Source: Macrostomum lignano
Taxonomy: Eukaryota
DNA length: 64,000 nt
Reading direction: 5' to 3'
Assembly: GCA_002269645.1 (NCBI GenBank)
Contig: NIVC01000180.1
Coordinates: 248,001-312,000, forward strand
The notes under the pieces were generated by a model, which was given only the letters and a program-made list of their open reading frames with translations, was not told the DNA's origin and did no database searches. A program made the position numbers and the translations under genes. Shown here one piece after another: positions 16,857 to 27,500 of this stretch. The number at the start of each line of letters is the position of its first letter. The stretch's first letter is position 1.

Positions 16857-17544
16857 AAGGTAAAAGTACTATTGCTTACAGAAGCATGCCAAAGGACACT
16901 CGTGAGGTCGTCTGGGTGAAGTGCTCAAGCATCTGGCATGAGCACCATGCGTGTTTTCTCCCAGATTCAACATTAACGGAATTTAATTGTGCACATTTTA
17001 CAATATTTTATAGTTTAATGCTCTAAACTGAGTTCTTTTTCACCCAAACTTCAGATTTTGCCAAATTATTTTTGAATATTGATACTTTTACGTCGCCAAA
17101 CAAAAACTTTATTATTAAATATGCTTGCAACTCTAATACGCACTACTTTCAGTAATACGTTTGCATCTTTTTGTACTGCAAAGCTGTAAATAGATTTCGA
17201 TTTTAAAGAAATAAGTTGCTTTTAAATGCCTTGCGATTCAAACTTCAACTTCTAATGCTTCTAACTTCAAAGTGACTTGAAATCTTTATTCAGAGTTCAA
17301 TGCAATAGTCGCCATAACTCAACAGTGCTGTGCAAAAGTGCATTATGCAAGTTAAACTTAACAAACATTGAAACTTAGAGAATTTGGGATTACATTGGAT
17401 TAACTGCTCAAGCAGAAATTTGCAAGAAAAGCAGGCCTCAAGAGACTGGAGAGACTTAAGACTTGCTCAGCAAGCCTTACATATGAGCTTATAAATGCTA
17501 CTTGGAATAAACAATTAGGCCTTTTACTATGTCAAAACCAGTTC

Positions 17545-17765
17545 TTCAGCATCCCAACTGCAGCTACATCAGTTCCCAGCATCCCAACTGCAGCTACATC
17601 AGTTCCCAGCATCCCAATTGCAGCTACATCAGTTCCCAGCATCCCAACTGTAGCAACATCAGTTCCCAGCATCCCAACTGCAGCTACATCAGTTCCCAGC
17701 ATCCCAACTGTAGCAACATCAGTTCCCAGGATCCCAACTGTAGCAGCATCAGTTCCCCAGCTTCC
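17545..17765. repeat. 30-bp minisatellite (cagcatcccaactgcagctacatcagttcc) overlapping the FUZ stop codon
   Basis: About 7 copies; the terminal unit is collinear with the last FUZ codons. Confidence 0.9.
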
Positions 17766-20700
17766 CAGTGAGCTCCGTCAGCACAGCTGACAGGCTGGCA
17801 GGCTGGAAGCCTGGCCTAGCAACCAGGTACAGCTGGCAGGAGTCGCCACGCACGGCATAGCAGGCGCAGTCCTGCAGACTCCAGCCGAGCTGCATCTTGC
17901 GACGCGCCAGCAGTGGGGCGGCCACAGCATCCGCCGCCTGATCCTCGGAGAACTGCGGCGCGCTGTGGGCGATCAACCGCAACAGATGAGGCGCGGAGGC
18001 TGGGCGGATGGCGGACACGATGCAGCTGTTGGCGGCAGCGTCTCGGTAGCAGAGGCAGTCGATGTTGGGGTCCAGGTTCAGCTTGTCGGGCAGGCTGCGC
18101 TGAACACTGCCGAGTGCCTGCGGGAGTCAGTCAGTTGGTCATCTCAGTTGGCGCATGCACAGCCTGTTATGATCTTTGATTGGCTAAAGCTTCCCAGGCA
18201 TAATATTCCCAGACAGTAACATTCACATGAAACAATACCCCCTGGCTCACAACACAATGACACAACACCCACCTGACAAAGTACCACAGACGTACAGTAA
18301 CACTCACCTGACCAAAAACCTGACAACACCAACCAGACACAACACCTACCTGACACAAAACACCTGAAACAAATCCCACATGACACAAATCCCACATGAC
18401 ACAACACCCACCTGACACAAAACCCACCTGACACAAATCCCACCTGACACAAAACCCACCTGACACAAAACCCACCTGACACAACACCCATCTGACACAA
18501 AACCCACCTGACACAACACCCATCTGACACAAATCCCACTTGACACAAAACCCACCTGACACAAAACCCACCTGACACAACACCCATCTGACACAAAACC
18601 CACCTGACACAAAACCCACCTGACACAACACCCATCTGACACAAAACTAACTTGACACAATACCCACCTGACACAACACCCACCTGACACAACACCCACC
18701 TGACACAACACCCACCTGACACAACACTCCGCTGACGGGAGTCCAGGCGGCCTCGGCGTGCCGCAGGATGTCAGTCAGCGTCGGCTGGCCGCCGCAGACG
18801 CACAGAGCACAGACGCCGGGCAGCAGGGTGACCGCGGCCAGCCGGAACACCAGAGTCTTGCTCAGGCTGCCGATGTACACAGGCACGTCGGCGCTGCGCC
18901 ATCAGCCGCCGCCAGCGCCAGGTGGCCCAGCAGGATCTGCTCGGTGGCTGACAGGAGGCGCCACTGCTGGGAGGCGGCGGCCCGGCGCCCGGCAACCAGC
19001 AGGCAGCCGTACTGGCAGGTGAACTTGGCCAAGTAGGCGGCCAGCGCCCGGTCCAGGGCGGCCTCCTCCGAGGCCTGGCCGCAGCGCAAGATGCTGGGGG
19101 CGCAGAGAAGCTCGGCTGGGCCGCAGGCGGCGGCCAGCTGCGGCAGCAGGGTGCGCAGCGGCTGCAGGCGCTTTGCGGCGCTAGCCTGTATTATTCAAAT
19201 TATTTGACTGTTTTGGAATGTTTAAAATTTTTGGGATGGGATAGGATGCAAAGGTCGAAAATTCCTTTCAGCTACCATCAGGCTCGCCCCGCTGACACCC
19301 TGTTTGACGCATCAGAAATTGCCTTTGGAGCCTCTGACACCCAGCCTGGCGCCTCTAACAGCCAATCTGGCGCCTCTGACACCCAATCTGGCGCCTCTGA
19401 CACCCAATCTGGCGCCTGACACCCAGCCTGGCGCCTCTGACACCCAATCTGGCGCCTCTGACACCCAATCTGGCGCCTGACACCCAGCCTGGCGCCTCTG
19501 ACACCCAATTAATCTGGCGCATCTGACACCCAGTCTGGTGCCCTTGACACCCAATTAATCTGGCGCATCTGACACCCAGTCTGGCGCCCTTGACACCCAA
19601 TCTGGCGCCTCTGACACCCAATCTGGCGCCTCTGACACCCAGCCTGGCACCTCTGATACCCAATCTGGCGCCTCTGACACCCAGCCTGGCACCTCTGATA
19701 CCCAATCTGGCATCCCTAACACACAATCTGGCGCCTGACACTCAGCTTGGCGCCTCTGACACCCAATCTGGCGCCTGACACCCAGCCTGGCTCCTCTGAC
19801 ACCCAATCTGGCGCCCTCGACACCCAATCTGGCGCCCTCGACACCCGATCTGGCGCCTCTGAAACCTGATCTGGCGCCCCTGACACAAATCTGGCGCCTG
19901 ACACCCAGCCTGGCGCCTCTGACACCCAATTAATCTGGCGCATCTAACACTAAATCTGGCACCTCTGACACCCAGTCTGGCGCCTCTGACATTCAGTCTA
20001 GCGCCCCTGACACCCGATCTGGCGCCTCTGACGCCAAATCTGGCGCCCCTGACACCCAGTCTGGCTTAGACAGTCAGTTAGTTAGCAGGGGGCTTTAGGC
20101 GCTACCGCAAATCAAGTGACAGTCACAGTCGACTTGCAGAAAGCACACAGGTAAGCTAATTAGCTAAGCTAATTGAATTTAACATTTACTGATAAAGCCG
20201 GCCCGCGCACCTGGGGGTCCTCCTCTGAATGGAACATTCGCACCGCGCCGGCCAACAGAGCGGCCAGGCTGTCCAATTCCTGCAGGTGCTGCCGGCAGCC
20301 GCAGGCGACCAGGACGCAGCTGAGGCCGGGGTGGACCTCGAACCAGCGCGCCGAATCTGCGCCAGAGCTGGCGGCGCCAGTCGAGGTGGCCCGACGGAGG
20401 CGGCAGCGGCGCCTGTCGGCGAACACCTCGCTGGTGACGAGAGTTGCCAGGGTTGCCTGCGTGCGGAAATGACGCATATATGCTTACTTTTCCTGTTATC
20501 TTACTTACTTACTGACTTTAAGTAGTCCGCAGAGAATATTGTAACAATGTTTTGTGTTGTGCCAGGATCAGTTTTTTCGACAGAGAAAGAAGATGCAGAT
20601 GCAAGCAAGAGGACGCTAAGATAGACTAAGTCGAAAGGCAAATAAGAAAAACTTATAAGTGGAAATATCAAAGTTTGTCTATCGATCTCTCTATCGATTA

Positions 20701-20896
20701 AGGTTTTTCATGCACCGAGTTTTGCAATCCCAGGCCCCACCTGCAGCAGCTCGGCGCAATCAGCTGACTGTTGCAGTGTCAATGGCTCCAGACTGTGGCT
20801 GCAGCGGCACCTAACAGTTCCATTGTCCCAGGTGAACACTGGGCCAGCAGCCTCCTGAGACCAGATGCAGATTATTAGTCTGCCCTGTTGCAGAGC
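17749..20896 (-). CDS. FUZ: Fuzzy planar-cell-polarity / CPLANE longin protein: join(20896..20741, 20456..20211, 19185..18716, 18117..17749). The start-codon exon was not found, and there is a 1-nt frameshift near 18895
   Basis: The translation aligns, from recalled sequence, with vertebrate Fuzzy across all three longin domains: LIICIWSQEAAGPVF (LLCLAASSGVPLF), DVPVYIGSLSKTLVFRLAAVTLLPGVCALCVCGGQPTL (DYPVYLPHGSPTVPHRLLTLTLLPSLELCLLCGPSPPL), RSLPDKLNLDPNI (RALPSGFPLHTDI). All introns are GT-AG phase 0. The third exon is 470 nt, one short of a multiple of 3. Confidence 0.85.
18300..18728. repeat. 16-17-bp minisatellite (sense gtgttgtgtcaggtgg) starting inside the FUZ exon end and containing the splice donor
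   Basis: About 22 imperfect copies; most contain CAG|GTGGG or CAG|ATGGG. Confidence 0.93.
19325..20065. repeat. 19-21-bp minisatellite (tctgacacccaatctggcgcc) in a FUZ intron
   Basis: About 33 imperfect copies; same family as 11784-12078. Confidence 0.95.
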
Positions 20897-22215
20897 CTGG
20901 AATTTGAGGAATTTGCAAGGTTACAAAGATTGAAGCTGTGAGTACTCCAAATACACAAGATAATCTTTTGGCATATATAATATCAAATCAAAATGGTATG
21001 CACCAAACATGGTGGACATCTGTAATAAGGCAACATGACCACACAAAAAATAACTGTAAAGTATAAATTCGAACCAGAACCATAAAATATAGACTAGCCT
21101 AAAATTAACAAACAAAAGTAAGCTTTGAGTTTTCAGTTCCTTCTATAAATAGACCATTTGAAAATTGGTTTTATATAAAATTAAGTTTAGTCTATAATTA
21201 TAAAACATAAACTATAATAAGTAAATAGTGCAGTACACATCTTTTTATGCAGCTAGAATGAAATACACTCAATGTACCTTATTAACTGCACGAAAGTTGT
21301 TAAATTTATTACTTTTAAGTTTTAGACAAGCCTTACATGCTAGGAGTTGTGCAAACATAGTAGGGAAGCTAACCCTGCTAAACGTTTTTAGCAAAAAAAT
21401 TAGCGGCTTAAAGTAAAATAATATCTAACTGGATAGCTTTTAACGTTGTAACAAAACTATATAATATGGAAATATGCTAAGCCAAGGCCAAGCAAGCAAG
21501 CAATTAAAAGCAAATAATAATATAGAGTCAAACTTGAGATTTTTGATCACACGATAGCTCAAAATTGAAGTAATAAGGTCAGTAGTTACTTCAAAGATTT
21601 AGTTTACACACAGACAGCCAGTGCAATTACTTATAGTTCTTGCAAGCCGCACGGCACCGCCTAGCGCTTAAAAGTCTACATGACCGGATTCCGATAATTC
21701 TTAATTACAGAATATGTTAAAAAGAAGCATCTAAAATAAGAAAAAAACTTTAGAAGAAAAAAATTAAGAATTATTCAAATCGCAAAAAAGTACTGAAGTG
21801 TTAGTTGCAGCATAAAACAATAAAAATTTCCTCAAAGCACATAAAAAGTCGTTACATTGTTATGTTAAGTAACAAAACTTTAAATTATAACATTCTTGGA
21901 AATGACAAATATTTATAAATAAAAAATTTCTATTATTACACTTAGTGATACGAAGAGTTGCCTAAATCTATATAACATTACATGAAAAACTTCACTGACA
22001 AATAGTATACATTTCTTATAATCTAATAGAAAATTACAAAAATGAAGACAAGAACCTTTTTTATGTTATTGAATCGACCCAGGTGGTTGATGTGTTTGTG
22101 GTCCGTAGATCACTTGACTTACTTGACTTGACTTAGCTGCAGGGCTGTCCCGGAGGGGACACAGCGGGAAGGCGCGGGCGCCCATTCCGCTAGTCCCTGA
22201 ACGGCCGACGCGTCG

Positions 22216-25200
22216 CTATGGACGGAGGGTTGGCGCCGCCCAGGGAGGTCCCCCAGTGTCGCCAGCAGCTATGGTGCTCTCTGGAAAGGAGAGTTCAGCC
22301 CTGCGGGTGGCCCGAAGGTAGCGCATGAGCTGATTAAAGTTTTCGGGTTTGCACGCTTCAGTAATAGATGTGTGTGGCCCGAGGTAAGTGAGTCTGGCCC
22401 GCGTGAAGGCGGGACAGATGCTGACGAAATGCTCAGCGGTTTCGTCACCTGAGTTGCAGAAACTACAGGTGGCGTTGGTGGCGTTGCCCTGCAGGTACTG
22501 GTGCCTGGAGAAGCAGCCATGACCAGAGAGGGTCATGGTGGCAGCCCGGATGTCTCTGCGCGAGAGGCGCAAGAGGAGCTTCCGGAGCTGGTGAGAGGGC
22601 TGAGGGACAGCGCCTCTGGATTGCCTGCAGTTCGTGCGGTTCGCCCAAGTCGAGCGGTGCTGAGTCCTGATCCACGCTTTGATGCGCGAGTCGATGACAC
22701 AGCCAGGAATCGGGACAAGAGGTTCGGGGCCGAGAGAGGAGCCGGAGGCACCAACTTTTGCAAGGGTGCCAGCCAACTCATTTCCTCGGATCCCCACATG
22801 CCCCGGAACCCACTTAAGGGTAATTTTGTTGGCGGAACCCAACACATTGAGGAGTTTGATACAGTCAAGGACTGTAGCAGAGTTGGTGCTGCAGCCACTG
22901 ATGGCGTGCAAGGCAGCTTGGCTGTCCGAATGGAAAATGATGTTCTTACCAGTAACGCCAGTGGCGAGAAGCTCTGCAGTGCAGGAGCTGATGGCCAGAA
23001 CTTCATTTTGGAAAACACTGGAGTTGACCCCAGTGTATTGAGCGTGGGTAGCGATGACCTTCCCGTTCAGAAAGATTCCAACACCAAAGCCGGTGTTGGC
23101 TGACTGCTTAGAACCGTCGGTGTAGCAATGAAGCTCACCAGGGTTCCAATGGTCATTGATGTTATCGCGCGAGTCGATAGCTACGGAGTAGCGCTGTCTC
23201 AGGTTGAGCGTTGAGGCAATGCCATCGGTGAAGACGCGATTGGCCTGACACTCGTTGAGAAAGTTGAGGCACAGATCGCTATGCGGGACAAGGTTCCGCT
23301 TAGCAGGTGCTCTCATGTAAATGAATTTGACGCCGGCATCAATTAGACGCCGCGTCGTTCTAGCCGCCTCACCCCTGATGAAGAGGTCAAGAGGCGGAAG
23401 ATTAAGAAAGGCCCCCATGCCAGCAAAGGGCGTGGACCTGGTGGCGTTGCAGATGAGCCTACACGCTCTGCCTTGGATCGTGTTGAGCAGGTCTGCATGG
23501 CTTTTGACCTGGGTAGCGCTAACCCAGACAACAGAGGCGTACGTAATGGCAGGTCTAACTACGGAAGTATAGATCCACCAAAGCCGCTTTGGGGATAGAC
23601 CCCAAGAAGTGCCAAGTGCTCGTCGGAGCTGGGCCAGGATGGCTGAGGCACGCTTAGCTTTTGCTTTCACGTGGAAGGACCAGTTGAGCCGGTGGTCAAG
23701 TGTGACCCCGAGACATCTGGTCTGGTGCGCGAAGGCAATATCTCTGCCGTAGAGCTGCAGAGGACGTATGTTCCAGCGTAGTCTGCTGGTAAACATAATG
23801 GCAACGGTTTTGGGCTCAGAGAGTTCCAAACCATTGTCATTGGCCCAGGATTCTGCTTTGCGGATAAAGCTCTGCATCAGATCCCTGAGCGTGCTGGGAG
23901 ACGGTCCTGCCACAATGGCCGTGACGTCATCAGCATACCCGACTTTGAAGACGGGGTCAGGTCGGGAGTCACTCAGAAGAGCGTCCATGACCAGGTTCCA
24001 GAGCGTCGGGGTGAGGACTCCGCCTTGGGGTCCACCCTTACAGACTCTGGTGGAGGCAGTTTGCCCAAGAAGTTGGGCAGTGACCGTACGGTTGGAGATC
24101 ATGTACATGATCCACCGTATGAGGGTAGCATGAGCTTTGCGATTTTGAAGGGCCCTCTGAAACGCTTCAAAGATAACGTTGTCGAAGGCGCCAACAATGT
24201 CAAGAAAGAGAGCCAGGGCGTAACCGTCACCCAGTACCGCCCGTTCAATCTTTTCGACAATCGCATGCAGGGCGCTGTCAGTCGACCTCCCGGTACGGAA
24301 GGCGTGCTGATTATTGCTGAGGGGCATCGCTGTCAGCTCGCAGGAGAGCAGCCGCCAGAGAATAAGCCTCTCAGTGAGCTTAAGCATTGCTGACGTTAAG
24401 CTAATTGGCCGGAAGGCCTTGACGCTTTGGTAGTCACCCTTCCCAGGTTTGGGAATAAAGACTACTCGAGCTTCAGTCCAGCTTTTGGGAACGTATCCCA
24501 GCTGGATAGAGGCCCGCATAAGATTGCGGGTGAGTCTCAGGAACGAGGGTATCTTGGCTGCTTCACGAAGGAGAACAGGGTAGATACCATCAGGTCCAGG
24601 AGATTTGAAGGGTTTGAAGGTTCTGACCGCACGAGCGATTAGGTCTTCAGTGACAATGCCCGCCGCTAGGGTGGCTCCATCCATCGAATGGTTGGGCTCC
24701 GGTCTAGCAGTAGGTACCCTCGGGAAGAATGTGCTAAGCATATGCTGAAGCACTTCTTCAGGGTCTTTAGTAAGAGAGCCATCATCTTTTTTGATCATGG
24801 CTAATTTGGACATTTTGTCCATTGTAAGGGCCTTGACAAGCCTAGAAGTAGGTCTGTCTTGATCCAATTCATTGCAGAATTGGCGCCACTTACATTCCTT
24901 GGCCTTGCGCACTTCAGATTTGAAATTGCGGGAGGCTTGCCGGAAAAGCTCCATGTCCTCCGGGTTTCCGGTCTTCATGGCACGGCGATGAAGGCTTTTG
25001 GCCTTCCGCCTGAGTTTCCCCAGCTCCGGGTTCCACCACGGCGCCGAGGTCTTGCCTCTGTAGGCGCGAGCAGGACAAGCCGCTTCGTAGGCTGCAATAA
25101 TGCAACCTGTCAGCGTCTCAGCCATATGATCCACATCCTCGCAGGTCTCAATCGGACGTAAGTCCGTGAGTTCCTGCAGGTGCAGATCAAGGGCAGCCTT

Positions 25201-25956
25201 GTAGGCCGCCCAATCAGTGTTGCGGATATTGCGTCTCCAAGTGATCGGAGACTGGGTTTTAGTGTCCGCGATATTAAAGGCGATAAAGCAGTGGTCAGAC
25301 AGGGAGGGCTCCTCAGACCAGACTCTCCACTCCTTGACTCTGTCAAAGAGTCTTGGGGTAACGAGTGTGGCGTCGAGGACCTCGGTCCATCTGCCATTAT
25401 TAAAGGTAGGAGTGCTGCCGCGGTTGCAGAGCATGAGGTTTGTGTTAGAGATGAGGGCCAGAAGCTCCTCTCCTCTAGTGTTGGTATCTTTGCTGCCCCA
25501 GTGCTTGTGGTGCGCGTTGAGGTCGCCCCCTAAGCACAGCTCAGCGTTCTGGGACTCGCAGTACTGCGCAAGGCGCAGTAAACTCTCGGGAGCAGGGTCT
25601 CTGTCGCCTGGGATATAAACCGAGGCAACAAGACACGTACGCGGAGAGAAATGATTAGATTGGATGACGCAAAGGTCTCCATCAGAGAGATCAGTCCTCA
25701 GCCAAGCCTGGAGATGGCTAGCAGCGAGGATAGCCGCTCTAGGGCGGCTGTTCCCCGGGCCACACACATAAAAATCAGAGTAGCCAGAGGGAATGTTGGG
25801 CAACTTACCGTTGCGCATCCAGGGTTCCTGGATCAGGATGAGGCCTGGCCTGTACAGCTCAGCAATCTTCATCAGATTTACTGACGCAGATACGCAATGC
25901 TGTAAATTTATTTGCAGACAGAATGTCGCTCCTTTGGCAGCGTGGAGCTTAGTCAT
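22216..25956 (-). CDS. LINE ORF2: AP endonuclease + reverse transcriptase + RNase H + C-terminal CCHC finger (1246 aa)
   Basis: APE motifs QINLQH, LIQEPW, GGDLNAHH, SDH; RT motifs FRPISL, GGPQGGVLTP, YADD; RNase H motifs YTDGSK, QNEVLAI, SDSQAAL, WVPGH, GNELAG; CSFC..ETAEH..SIC. Confidence 0.97.
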   Translation of the reverse strand: MTKLHAAKGATFCLQINLQHCVSASVNLMKIAELYRPGLILIQEPWMRNGKLPNIPSGYSDFYVCGPGNSRPRAAILAASHLQAWLRTDLSDGDLCVIQSNHFSPRTCLVASVYIPGDRDPAPESLLRLAQYCESQNAELCLGGDLNAHHKHWGSKDTNTRGEELLALISNTNLMLCNRGSTPTFNNGRWTEVLDATLVTPRLFDRVKEWRVWSEEPSLSDHCFIAFNIADTKTQSPITWRRNIRNTDWAAYKAALDLHLQELTDLRPIETCEDVDHMAETLTGCIIAAYEAACPARAYRGKTSAPWWNPELGKLRRKAKSLHRRAMKTGNPEDMELFRQASRNFKSEVRKAKECKWRQFCNELDQDRPTSRLVKALTMDKMSKLAMIKKDDGSLTKDPEEVLQHMLSTFFPRVPTARPEPNHSMDGATLAAGIVTEDLIARAVRTFKPFKSPGPDGIYPVLLREAAKIPSFLRLTRNLMRASIQLGYVPKSWTEARVVFIPKPGKGDYQSVKAFRPISLTSAMLKLTERLILWRLLSCELTAMPLSNNQHAFRTGRSTDSALHAIVEKIERAVLGDGYALALFLDIVGAFDNVIFEAFQRALQNRKAHATLIRWIMYMISNRTVTAQLLGQTASTRVCKGGPQGGVLTPTLWNLVMDALLSDSRPDPVFKVGYADDVTAIVAGPSPSTLRDLMQSFIRKAESWANDNGLELSEPKTVAIMFTSRLRWNIRPLQLYGRDIAFAHQTRCLGVTLDHRLNWSFHVKAKAKRASAILAQLRRALGTSWGLSPKRLWWIYTSVVRPAITYASVVWVSATQVKSHADLLNTIQGRACRLICNATRSTPFAGMGAFLNLPPLDLFIRGEAARTTRRLIDAGVKFIYMRAPAKRNLVPHSDLCLNFLNECQANRVFTDGIASTLNLRQRYSVAIDSRDNINDHWNPGELHCYTDGSKQSANTGFGVGIFLNGKVIATHAQYTGVNSSVFQNEVLAISSCTAELLATGVTGKNIIFHSDSQAALHAISGCSTNSATVLDCIKLLNVLGSANKITLKWVPGHVGIRGNELAGTLAKVGASGSSLGPEPLVPIPGCVIDSRIKAWIRTQHRSTWANRTNCRQSRGAVPQPSHQLRKLLLRLSRRDIRAATMTLSGHGCFSRHQYLQGNATNATCSFCNSGDETAEHFVSICPAFTRARLTYLGPHTSITEACKPENFNQLMRYLRATRRAELSFPESTIAAGDTGGPPWAAPTLRP

Positions 25957-25979
25957 ACTGTATTAAATGCAATATCTGG

Positions 25980-27500
25980 CTAGAGCCCAGGGCCATCAAG
26001 GAGACTTGGACAACAGATCGTCCTCGTCCCAGGCCGCTGGGGCTTGACTGGGAGATGGGAGTTGGTCGACGTCCATGGCCTCCTCACCCCCACCGGCCCC
26101 CCAGCAGAGTCCTCAGGCTCCGATGACAGGATGGAGGAAGCTTCCTCACCTGCATCTTTACCTTCAGACCCCACCAAGGTGGCCGAGGAGAGCTCGGATT
26201 CCGAAGACCCGGCCTCGTCCTCAACTCCTTCTCCGACTGGCAGGTTTGGTTCCCGGGGCTCGGCCGGAGCCGTTACCGCGGTCGCCGAACTGCTGCTAGC
26301 AGAGGGGCGAGATGCAGCTTTGGCTTTGGGATCGGCTTGCGCCTTTCCTTGGGCCTTAGACTGCGCCCCGCTCTTGCCGGAGATGCCGGGGTTGGCAGTA
26401 GCCTTCCCTTTGGCAGACTTTCCTCGGCGCAACTTGAGCTTGAGGGCACCCAGCTGGAAAGAGGATCCATTAGGGTACCGACTCGCCCAAGTGCTGGAAA
26501 GGCCGAGGACAATTGAGTTGCCCGTCTCCCCCCTGCGGACTTTACGGTGATACACCAGTCCACTAGCAGGGAGGTCGGGGTTCAGACGCAGTAGGACCCG
26601 GCGAATAACGTCTGGTCCAGCTGCGGTGCTCTTAGCAGGGACGAAAACCACATAGGGTATCGTCTTTGGACGCTGGCCCTCGCGAAGAAAAAGAGCTCCG
26701 CCAAGGTCAGCATCCAAGGAGACCGTCGGTAGCCGCTGGAGCAGCCGCCGAGCGTCCTCCTCGCTGCTAGGAGCAATAAGAACGAATGTGCTTCGCAGCA
26801 CCATCCGCTCAACGCCGATGGAGATTCCCTCCTCGACAGTCAGCTCAATCAGATAGGAGTCAACAGCACTCCACACTTTTTGAAGCTGATCAGTGGTCCA
26901 GTCCTGGTCGCGACCTTGGATGATCACTCCCGGGATTTTGGCCTTGGCCTTCGCCGCAAAGGTAGCTCCCGAAGGAACCTCCTTGTTGGCAGTGGCCATT
27001 TGTTGCGCCGTGGTTTCGGCCTCAGCAGCCGCGGCAGCAGCTCCAGGGAGCGCCGCCGCTGAACTACTGGAGCTTCCACCGGCCGGCCCGCCTGGTTGCC
27101 TTGGGACTCCAGTCGCTTCAGCATCCATGGTGGACGCCGCCGCTTTGGCCCCCGCAGCTCCCTTCTTGGCCTGCCTTTTGGCGCGTTGTTTAGCGCGTTT
27201 GCGCTCAAGCCGAGCCCGCTGAGCTTCATCGGATCTGCCAGATTTGGCCGGTCCTTTAGGCTCAGAGCTCGCGGTTCCCTTAGATCCACCAGCGGAGCTG
27301 GCAGGTCTTAGGGTATTTTGAGTTTGGTAGCTCTGGTCGGATCTGCCAGCAGAGCCAGCCGGTCCTTCCTTTGCCACAGTTGAATCAGTCGGTTGGGATC
27401 TGCCAGCAGGGCCGGCCGGTCCTTCAGACTGAGGTTGGGGTTTAGAAGGGTCCCCGTCCCTAGAAATAGCTTGTTTATCCATAGTCGGCTCGAAGGCCAT
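25980..27500 (-). CDS. LINE ORF1 (gag-like, about 506 aa from the first ATG at 27500; open from GTG at 27557)
   Basis: Long ORF directly upstream of ORF2 (23-nt gap), inside the TSDs; basic RARLERKRAKQRAKRQAKK patch; no CCHC knuckle seen. Confidence 0.85.
   Translation of the reverse strand: MAFEPTMDKQAISRDGDPSKPQPQSEGPAGPAGRSQPTDSTVAKEGPAGSAGRSDQSYQTQNTLRPASSAGGSKGTASSEPKGPAKSGRSDEAQRARLERKRAKQRAKRQAKKGAAGAKAAASTMDAEATGVPRQPGGPAGGSSSSSAAALPGAAAAAAEAETTAQQMATANKEVPSGATFAAKAKAKIPGVIIQGRDQDWTTDQLQKVWSAVDSYLIELTVEEGISIGVERMVLRSTFVLIAPSSEEDARRLLQRLPTVSLDADLGGALFLREGQRPKTIPYVVFVPAKSTAAGPDVIRRVLLRLNPDLPASGLVYHRKVRRGETGNSIVLGLSSTWASRYPNGSSFQLGALKLKLRRGKSAKGKATANPGISGKSGAQSKAQGKAQADPKAKAASRPSASSSSATAVTAPAEPREPNLPVGEGVEDEAGSSESELSSATLVGSEGKDAGEEASSILSSEPEDSAGGPVGVRRPWTSTNSHLPVKPQRPGTRTICCPSLLDGPGL

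Noticed and set aside
11673-20065. DTQSG/KKTHFAL/CQVG repeat ORFs
   Set aside because: They are translations of 21-bp and 17-bp minisatellites located in introns or intergenic DNA.
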